Position numbers and translations under genes: made by a program. The notes below the pieces were generated by a model. The model had not been told where the DNA came from. It was given only the letters and a program-made list of their open reading frames with translations, and did not search any database. From Abditibacteriaceae bacterium (lineage in GTDB: Bacteria > Armatimonadota > Abditibacteriia > Abditibacteriales > Abditibacteriaceae): a stretch of 23,481 bases of DNA. This document shows, piece by piece, positions 16,957 to 23,481 of this stretch. Location of the stretch: contig JANMKN010000409.1 in NCBI GenBank assembly GCA_031372065.1, positions 1 to 23,481 of the forward strand, given 5' to 3'. The first letter of the stretch is position 1; every line of letters starts with the position of its first letter.

Positions 16957-17076
16957 AAACACAAAGGCACAAAGACGCCAAGGAAACACAAAGAAAAAAG
17001 AGAGGAAGCAGTTTCGGCGTTCGCTTTCTCTCCAAATCTCTTTGTGTTTCCTTGGCGTCTTTGTGCCTTTTTGTTT
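16957..17076. repeat. Long intergenic inverted repeat
   Basis: 16963-16994 (aaaggcacaaagacgccaaggaaacacaaaga) is the exact reverse complement of 17039-17070 (32 bp). Each arm is built from cacaaag-like subunits. Confidence 0.9.
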
Positions 17077-17086
17077 TAAATGAGGA

Positions 17087-17881
17087 GTGAATGGTTTGCC
17101 TTTATGGTTGTTGGGTGTGTTGATGGTCGGCGGGCCGGTAGCGATTTCGATTTTTGGTTTGTGGCTGGTGCGTCGCATGGTCTCGCCGCAATCGCTGCGC
17201 GAACATCACGATGTCGCCGGATTCATTTTGGCGATTGTCGGCGTCATTTACGCGGTATTGTTGGCCTTTGTGGTCATCATTGTTTGGGAAGAATTTGAAG
17301 ACGCCAAGATCGTAGCCGAAAAAGAAGCTAACGCGTTGGTTGACATTTATCGCATGGCTCCCGGCCTGACACCAGAGGCGCGAATTCGAGTGCGAGGCGA
17401 GGCGCGAACCTATGCCAAAAGTGTGGTCAAAAACGAATGGCCTTCGATGGCGAATGGCAAGGCCGATGACGGCACTGCACGAACACTTGACCAACTGTGG
17501 CGCGCTTTCACACAGCTAAACCCGCGCACGGCCCGCGAAAGTGCGCTTTACGATCAATCCATCTCGCGGTTGACCGATGTGAGCGACAATCGTCGTCTGC
17601 GTTTGCTCGCTTCTCGAAATGGATTGCCCGGCCCGCTTTGGATGGCTTTAGTCTTTGGCGGTGTGGCGACTATCCTATTTACTTATTTTTTCGGCCTTGA
17701 GAAATTCCCGAATCAAGCCGGCATGACCGCCTTGTTAGCTGCCACTATCGGCCTTGTGCTTTTCATTATTAGCGCGTTGAATTATCCTTTTACAGGCGAC
17801 CTGCGGGTGCCGCCCGAAGCCATGCAATCGGTTTTGGAACGCTTCGATGACATGGAAGCGCACGAGAAAAGCGCAAAGTGA
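17087..17881 (+). CDS. DUF4239-like (bestrophin-like) integral membrane protein
   Basis: Four hydrophobic segments and motifs VGVIYAVLLAF...VWE, EANAL..+YR, Y...VV..EWP.M, R..RL......LP..LW..L, L.YPF.G...V. The start may instead be TTG 17096. Confidence 0.8.
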   Translation: MNGLPLWLLGVLMVGGPVAISIFGLWLVRRMVSPQSLREHHDVAGFILAIVGVIYAVLLAFVVIIVWEEFEDAKIVAEKEANALVDIYRMAPGLTPEARIRVRGEARTYAKSVVKNEWPSMANGKADDGTARTLDQLWRAFTQLNPRTARESALYDQSISRLTDVSDNRRLRLLASRNGLPGPLWMALVFGGVATILFTYFFGLEKFPNQAGMTALLAATIGLVLFIISALNYPFTGDLRVPPEAMQSVLERFDDMEAHEKSAK

Positions 17882-17921
17882 AGACGGCGTTTGTTATTTC
17901 ATTTTAAGGCGGTGTTGGCAA

Positions 17922-18950
17922 ATGGCTCACGATGTTTTTATCAGTTATTCCAGCAAGAACAAAGTGCCCGCAGACGAAGTTTGCGCCGCCATTGAAGCGC
18001 GCGGTATTCCTTGCTGGATTGCACCGCGCGACATCACACCGGGCACCGAATGGAGCGAATCCATCATCAACGCGCTGGAAGAATGCCGCGTGATGGTTAT
18101 CATTTTTTCGGCAGATTCCAATCAATCGCCGCAAGTCAAACGCGAAGCGGAGCGGGCTGTCAGCAAAGGCGTGATTATTTTGCCGGTGCGCATCGAAGAT
18201 GTTTATCCTTCGGGCGCGATGGAATATTACCTTAGCACCTCGCACTGGATGGACGCTGTAAAGCCTCACATTCACCATCATCTGAAAAATCTGGTAGCTA
18301 CCGTAGAGGCTCTGCTCGCCAAAGGCGAAAGCGCGGTGCCCGCTGAAGGGTTGCCGGTTGCGACAAACACGATTAGGAGAGGCTCCGCGCAGCCAGCCCG
18401 TTTCGTTGCGCGTGCCGATGGTGAATTTCCCGAAGAACTTTCCGGCTTCAATTTAGGTGCGTTTTTATTGAATCGCAGTTGGTTAGCCTCGCATCATGCC
18501 TTGCCGGGATTTTTGGCGAGCGTGATTTTGATCTTGCCCTATGTCGGACTGCTTTTATGGCTTATTTTTGGCGCGGGAATGCTAAAAATCGCGCTATTTT
18601 GCGCGTTGGGCATGATTGGCTGGCTGTGGGCCGGGTTTCGCGGCAATGAGTTGGCGTGGGAACACCGCGCTTGGATTAACAGCGATCATTTTCGACGCGT
18701 GCAACAAGGTTGGCTTCTGAAAGGGCTAACGTTTTGGGCTGTCATTGCTATTTTAAGTGTGGCACTGGTGAAAACCGGCCTAAACCGCACCATTGCCAAT
18801 CGCGTGAATGCCGCAACAGCCAAAGTCAAAAAGAATCCGACGATTACCAACCTTAAAAAAGATGTAGCTGCCGCGACAGGTAGCAAGGCGAATAAAGCAA
18901 ACAAAAAGCCTGCGCCGGCGAAGAAGCCGGGCAAAGCATCGCAAAAATAA
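17922..18950 (+). CDS. TIR-domain (TIR_2-like) protein fused to a multi-pass membrane domain and basic tail
   Basis: HDVFISYSS, LxxxG+.CWIAPRDI.PG.+W-type segment (IEARGIPCWIAPRDITPGTEW), SNQSPQVKREAERA, ILPVRIED. The C-terminal half has FNLGAFLL...RGNELAW...W....F..VQ..W with about 3 hydrophobic helices. Confidence 0.88.
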   Translation: MAHDVFISYSSKNKVPADEVCAAIEARGIPCWIAPRDITPGTEWSESIINALEECRVMVIIFSADSNQSPQVKREAERAVSKGVIILPVRIEDVYPSGAMEYYLSTSHWMDAVKPHIHHHLKNLVATVEALLAKGESAVPAEGLPVATNTIRRGSAQPARFVARADGEFPEELSGFNLGAFLLNRSWLASHHALPGFLASVILILPYVGLLLWLIFGAGMLKIALFCALGMIGWLWAGFRGNELAWEHRAWINSDHFRRVQQGWLLKGLTFWAVIAILSVALVKTGLNRTIANRVNAATAKVKKNPTITNLKKDVAAATGSKANKANKKPAPAKKPGKASQK

Positions 18951-18968
18951 ATTTCAACTTTGCTTACG

Positions 18969-19010
18969 ATAAAGGCCCCGGCGAATCGTCTTCGTCGGGG
19001 CCTTTATTTT
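18969..19010 (+). terminator. Rho-independent terminator after the TIR gene
   Basis: Stem ataaaggccccggcgaa / ttcgtcggggcctttat followed by T residues, 18 nt after the stop codon. Confidence 0.85.
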
Positions 19011-19110
19011 CAATTGAGTCGCTTGAATTCTCTTGCTTTATCTGCCATACCAACGTCTTCGGCGGTATTTTTGTCGCAGACGCCGCCTCGCCGCTTGTCT
19101 ACTGCTATCA

Positions 19111-19398
19111 ATCCAAACCTTGCAGGTGCCCATCCAAACCTTGCAGACCTCTATCCGGAGCGTGTGGATGCTCATCCAGCGCCTGTATGCCCTCATCCAG
19201 CGCTTGTGGATGCTCATCCAGAGTATGCAGGTGCTTATCCAGAGCGTGTAGGTGTTCATCCAGAGCCTGTATGTGCTTATCCAGAGCGTGTAGGTGTTCA
19301 TCCGGCGCCTGTATGTGCTTATCCAGAGGTTGTATGTGCTTATCCAGCGCTGGATAAGCATATACAACCTCTGGATAAGCCTCCACACGAGATAAACG
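19111..19398. repeat. 21-bp degenerate tandem repeat (11 full units plus a partial) that inverts at 19348/19349
   Basis: Units start with atcc at 19111, 19132, 19153 ... 19321 and 19342 (consensus near atccagagcgtgtaggtgct[c/t]). 19317-19380 is a 64-bp palindrome with one mismatch. Confidence 0.92.
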
Positions 19399-19465
19399 GG
19401 CCATCGCAAGCTCTATTCGGGGGCAGGGTTGTCGCCGATGGCATGGAGTTAAGGTTCTTTGCTGT

Positions 19466-19563
19466 GCCGGGGCGAAACCCCACGGACGGAAGCGTCTTAT
19501 GCACGGGATGCGTCCAGAGGACGCTTGGCTTTAGCCCTCCTGCCGGGTATTTCAATGCCCGGC
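19466..19563. repeat. Hairpin-rich REP/REPIN-like tract
   Basis: Hairpins ggggcgaaacccc (19469-19481), gcgtcc-aga-ggacgc (19510-19524) and gccgggtat-ttca-atgcccggc (19542-19563). Inverted aagcgtc (19490) / gacgctt (19520). Confidence 0.45.
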
Positions 19564-19666
19564 CCCGCGCTATATTCGATTTTTCTTTAAGATTCACGTT
19601 GAAAAGTCCCAAAGCAGATTTAGATGTTTTGATGTAATATTGTATTAATTCAAAAGGTCGGGTAAG

Positions 19667-19697
19667 TTGACAGTTTTGCTGTGGTGCGGCTTGTAAT
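19667..19697 (+). promoter_or_regulatory. Possible sigma70-type promoter for the downstream two-gene unit
   Basis: Perfect TTGACA (19667-19672), a 19-nt spacer and TGTAAT, with an AT-rich tract upstream. The spacer is longer than optimal. Confidence 0.3.
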
Positions 19698-19821
19698 GGC
19701 ACAGTTTTTTGCAACGCGTCTTTCGTGTGCGAAGCTCTAATCAAGCCACTTGAAGAACCATTTCTATACGTCGCACACCGAGCGCACTCATTGGTCTGAC
19801 TTACCACGAAGGAGATTTCTA

Positions 19822-20262
19822 ATGAAGGCTAAATTCCCGAAATTGGGCGGCCTGTTATGTCTGATGGGCTTGTTGGCGCTGGGTGTTGGCGCTTATTTAA
19901 AAGCGCGCATGGCGCCAGCGTCAGCGCAGCCTGTCACACCGCCCACCAGTTACCCCAATGTTACTGTGAGTTTTGCGCCCTCGGCGGACGGCAACGGGCG
20001 TTTAACGCGCAACGGAGGCTTGATTTATCGCCAACCGGGGCAAAAAGTCGTCGCCACCGCACGTGCGGCGGCGGTTGCGCCCGTAGAACAGCGCGGCAGG
20101 ACGGCGGCGGGCGGTTATTATGTAACGCTGCCTTCCAGCCGCTATCCACGGGCTGAAGCGCAGGTTACAAAAACAGGCAAAACGGTCACCGTTTGCACTG
20201 AACCAGCAAGCGCGCAGCATCACGAACACGGCGCCCAGAGTCCGCACGTCTCGATTCGCTGA
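19822..20262 (+). CDS. Small exported or membrane-anchored hypothetical protein upstream of the metalloprotease
   Basis: aaggag RBS before ATG 19822. Basic N-terminus plus hydrophobic helix. C-terminal GGYYVTLP...AQVTKTGKTVTVC followed by HHEH. Confidence 0.7.
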   Translation: MKAKFPKLGGLLCLMGLLALGVGAYLKARMAPASAQPVTPPTSYPNVTVSFAPSADGNGRLTRNGGLIYRQPGQKVVATARAAAVAPVEQRGRTAAGGYYVTLPSSRYPRAEAQVTKTGKTVTVCTEPASAQHHEHGAQSPHVSIR

Positions 20263-20327
20263 AAGTGCGGTAGAACTCCTTTTGTGGACGGGCCGGTGCC
20301 TTTTGCTCTGGCAATTTCTGATGAATT

Positions 20328-23300
20328 ATGAACACGAATAAATCTTTTGAACGCCGAATGTGCGGCGTGGCGCTCGTGTTGGGCGCTTTTTTACTGGCGG
20401 GCAGTGCAGCGCCCGCCCGCGCCGTTCCAATCTCCGTTACCTATGCCGATGCGGCAGGCGAAGGTTTCAACGACCCAACGTTAGGTGGCCCTCGCCGCGC
20501 GGCATTCGAGGCTGCGGCGGCTGTTTGGGCCAGCACACTGCAAGGCACGGTGCCCGTTGTTATCGAAGCCAATATGGACCCTTTGGGCGGTTCGCCCTTC
20601 GGCGCCGTTTTGGGTCAGGCTGGTCCCACCAATGTGTTTCGCGATTGGGTGCCGCCCGCTTCGCCTGCGCCCGTTGCCAATACTTTTTATGCAATCGCGC
20701 TGGCGAATCAGTTGGCGGGATTGGATTTAGACCCTGCCAACCCCGATATCTCTGCCACGTTTAACTCGGATGTGGATAACCCCCTCGTGCTGGGCAACAT
20801 TGGTTTTTATTACGGCACCGACGGTCTGCCGCCCGGCAGTGACATTGACTTTTTTACAGTCGTGTTACATGAATTCGGTCACGGTTTGGGCTTTTTGGAC
20901 GGCTTCAACACAGATGGCACTTACGCCGCCGGTTTCCCCTTGATCTACGACACATTTTTGGCTGATGGCGGCGGCGCTTTGCTGACCGGTATGGCACCAG
21001 CCCTACGCTCCAACACATTGATTAGCGGTGATGTGTTCTGGACTGGCCCGTTCGGTAAGACGGGCAATGGCAATCAGCCAGCGGCTATCTACGCGCCGAA
21101 TCCGTTTGAACAAGGTTCCAGCACTGCGCATTTGGACGAGACAACCTTCAGTCCCTCGCCCGATGGGAGCGCACCTGATTTCGCTAATGAATTGATGACG
21201 CCTTTTTCTTCCGGCGTGACACACAAACCGGGGCCGGTTGCCACCGGAATATTCCGCGACATGGGCTGGGTGTTCAGCACAACTGCCCCCACACTTTCCA
21301 TTGCTGATGCGCCAGCCGTCAACGAAGGTAGCGCTGCTACGCCCGGCAATGCCACTTTTACGGTCACGCTTAGTGCCGCCGCCACGCAAACCGTAACGGT
21401 GAACTTTGGCACCGCCAACGGCACCGCGTTGGCAGGCAGCGATTACACCACAAAAAGCGGCACGCTGACCTTTGCCCCCGGCGAAACCAGCAAAACGTTC
21501 ACGGTGAATTTCATCGGCGATGCCGTGGTGGAGCCAAACGAAAACTTTGTAGTGAATTTGACGCAGCCCACCAATGCGACGCTTACTGCTGCGCAAGCTA
21601 CCGGCACCATTACCAACGATGATGCTACGGTTCCTACTCTTGCTGTTGCCGATGCCATTGATGTCAACGAAGGCAGCGTCGCTGCGCCCGGCAGTGCCAC
21701 CTTTACGGTCACTCTTAGTGCCGCCGCCACGCAAGCCGTGACAGTGAACTATGGCACCGCCAATGGCACTGCCATAGTTGGCAGCGATTTCATCAATGCG
21801 AGCGGTGCGCTCTCCTTTGCACCCGGCGAAACTACCAAAACGTTCGTTGTGAATTTCATCGGCGATGCCGTGGTGGAGCCTAATGAAACCTTCGTGGTGA
21901 ATTTAACGCAGCCTACCAACGCCACTATCAGCGATGGACAAGGGCAGGGTAGAATCGTCAACGATGATGTCGCGGGGACGCCCGATTTAAGCATCAACGA
22001 CGTAACGGTGACCGAAGGTAATAACGGAACTACCAATGCCACTTTTACAGTGACGCTTTCGGTAACGGCCACGCAAACTGTGAGCGTTAATTATGCGACG
22101 GCAGATGGCACAGCCACGGCAGGCAGCGACTACACCACCAAAAATGGCACGCTGACTTTTGCGCCCGGTGAAACAAGCAAAACCATTGTCGTTTCTGTGA
22201 TCGGCGACACGGTGTTGGAACCGAATGAAACCTTCGTGGTGAATTTGACGCAGCCGACGAATGCCAATTTAGCTGATGCGCAAGGGCAGGGCACCATTGT
22301 CAATGATGAAAACGTGCCGCAGGTTTCCATCAATAATGTCACCGTGACCGAAGGCAATGCTACCCAAGGGACGCCCGGCGCCACGAATGCAACGTTCACC
22401 ATCACGCTGTCGGCGCCCAGTTCGCAAACGGTGAGCGTGAGCGCGATTCCCTTTAATGGTTCGGCGCGTTCTCCTGCCGATTACCTCAGCGGCGGGGGAC
22501 TTATAACTTTTTCACCCGGCCAGACCACGCAAACGTTCAGTGTGCCAATTATCGGCGACGTGTTGGACGAAACTGATGAAGTTTTCTATGTTGTTCTGTC
22601 CGCGCCGGTGAATACAGCCGTTGTGCCCGGACGCGGGCGCGGCATAGGCACCATTAAGGATGACGATGCTTCGCCTTTCATTTCCATCGAAGGCGTCAAC
22701 ATCGGCGAAGGCAACAGTGGCCTGCGCACCGCTGTATTTCGCTTGCGTTTGTCGGCGCCCAGCGGACAATTGGTGAAAATCGCCTATTCCACAGGCGACG
22801 ACACCGCGACGGGCAACGACGATTACATTGCGGTAACCAACAAAGAAATTGCTTTCACCACCGGCCAAACCGTAGCGTTGGCGCGCGTGATTATCAACGG
22901 CGACGTGAAGAACGAAGCGGACGAAACGTATTTCGTGAATCTATCGAATCCTGTCGGTGCCCTTTTGATTGGCAAACAGGCCAGAGGTGTGATTCTCAAC
23001 GATGACCGCACGCCAGCTTTGACAGTAAACGACGCCAGTGTGACCGAAGGCAGTTTCGGCCAGAAAATGATGTCCTTCACGGTGAGTTTGTCGGAGGCCA
23101 GCGGCCAGACTGTGACGGTCAACTACGCCTCGTCCGATGGCACTGCGCGGGCCAGCAGCGATTATTTAGGCGTCGGCGGCACGCTTTCTTTTGCCCCCGG
23201 CGAAACCAGCAAAACCATTGATGTGCCCGTCTTAGGCGACACGGTAGCCGAAGCCAATGAAACGCTGTATTTTCTGTTGACAAATGCGGTCAAGGCCACC

Positions 23301-23354
23301 CTCGGACGCGCGCGTGGCACCGGCACCATTCTCAACGACGATGCATCGGGTTAG
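20328..23354 (+). CDS. Secreted zinc metalloprotease-like protein with six Calx-beta domains
   Basis: Signal peptide ending PARA. HEFGHGLGF zinc motif (20868), distal SSTAHLDE and ELMTP Met-turn. From 21288 there are six repeats of P.LS+.D..V.EG...F.V.LS....V.V.Y.T.DGTA.AGSDY....G.L.F.PGET.K...V...GD...E.NE.F...L...........G.I.NDD. Confidence 0.9.
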   Translation: MNTNKSFERRMCGVALVLGAFLLAGSAAPARAVPISVTYADAAGEGFNDPTLGGPRRAAFEAAAAVWASTLQGTVPVVIEANMDPLGGSPFGAVLGQAGPTNVFRDWVPPASPAPVANTFYAIALANQLAGLDLDPANPDISATFNSDVDNPLVLGNIGFYYGTDGLPPGSDIDFFTVVLHEFGHGLGFLDGFNTDGTYAAGFPLIYDTFLADGGGALLTGMAPALRSNTLISGDVFWTGPFGKTGNGNQPAAIYAPNPFEQGSSTAHLDETTFSPSPDGSAPDFANELMTPFSSGVTHKPGPVATGIFRDMGWVFSTTAPTLSIADAPAVNEGSAATPGNATFTVTLSAAATQTVTVNFGTANGTALAGSDYTTKSGTLTFAPGETSKTFTVNFIGDAVVEPNENFVVNLTQPTNATLTAAQATGTITNDDATVPTLAVADAIDVNEGSVAAPGSATFTVTLSAAATQAVTVNYGTANGTAIVGSDFINASGALSFAPGETTKTFVVNFIGDAVVEPNETFVVNLTQPTNATISDGQGQGRIVNDDVAGTPDLSINDVTVTEGNNGTTNATFTVTLSVTATQTVSVNYATADGTATAGSDYTTKNGTLTFAPGETSKTIVVSVIGDTVLEPNETFVVNLTQPTNANLADAQGQGTIVNDENVPQVSINNVTVTEGNATQGTPGATNATFTITLSAPSSQTVSVSAIPFNGSARSPADYLSGGGLITFSPGQTTQTFSVPIIGDVLDETDEVFYVVLSAPVNTAVVPGRGRGIGTIKDDDASPFISIEGVNIGEGNSGLRTAVFRLRLSAPSGQLVKIAYSTGDDTATGNDDYIAVTNKEIAFTTGQTVALARVIINGDVKNEADETYFVNLSNPVGALLIGKQARGVILNDDRTPALTVNDASVTEGSFGQKMMSFTVSLSEASGQTVTVNYASSDGTARASSDYLGVGGTLSFAPGETSKTIDVPVLGDTVAEANETLYFLLTNAVKATLGRARGTGTILNDDASG

Positions 23355-23367
23355 CCCTTAATCCATC

Positions 23368-23414
23368 AACACATCGGCCCCTGCAAATTATGTTTGCAGG
23401 GGCCGATGTGTTTT
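23368..23414 (+). terminator. Rho-independent terminator after the metalloprotease gene
   Basis: Perfect 20-bp stem aacacatcggcccctgcaaa / tttgcaggggccgatgtgtt with a 5-nt loop and trailing Ts. Confidence 0.88.
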
Positions 23415-23481
23415 ATCTCAAAAGATTTTCGGCAGAAAAAGCGTCTTGCGCGGCTTAAAAATGTCTTGCGGCAGTGAAAAG

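Noticed and set aside
19111..19380. CRISPR array
   Set aside because: Units are contiguous degenerate 21-mers with no unique spacers, and there are no cas genes in the window.
19440..19530. c-di-GMP riboswitch or HEARO/omega RNA
   Set aside because: A GAAA hairpin is present but I could not find the other consensus elements, and there is no iscB/tnpB nearby.
18960..19637. 225-aa + strand ORF
   Set aside because: It runs through the terminator and the repeat array, has a TTG start with no clear RBS, and its length is explained by the stop-free repeat.
23443..23470. Direct repeat gtcttgcg x2 at the window end
   Set aside because: Only 8 bp in two copies at the sequence edge, which is compatible with chance.

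Overview
A bacterial window with every credible gene on the + strand. Bases 1-18950 form one closely spaced, operon-like run ending at an intrinsic terminator. The run begins with a SnoaL/ester-cyclase protein (5'-truncated), a phytoene-dehydrogenase-like flavoprotein and an alpha/beta-hydrolase-fold protein closely resembling the cofactor-free, CO-releasing dioxygenases HOD/QDO/AqdC. An envelope cassette follows: a Met-rich outer-membrane beta-barrel, a Tat beta-propeller lipoprotein and four tandem paralogous His-motif lipoproteins resembling DUF5602/TTHB210. The run ends with a GMC oxidoreductase, SnoaL/NTF2, DJ-1/PfpI, VOC/glyoxalase, GlgX, an AGE-family epimerase-like protein, a DUF4239-like membrane protein and a membrane-anchored TIR protein. 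Three gene junctions carry long palindromic elements, two of them homologous. After the terminator come a 21-bp tandem array that inverts into a 64-bp palindrome, a hairpin-rich REP-like tract, a small exported protein and a secreted Zn-metalloprotease with six Calx-beta domains. The best candidates for an undescribed system are the barrel plus five-lipoprotein cassette and the surrounding glucan/dicarbonyl/ring-cleavage enzyme cluster. All family assignments come from motif recognition by eye; no searches were run.
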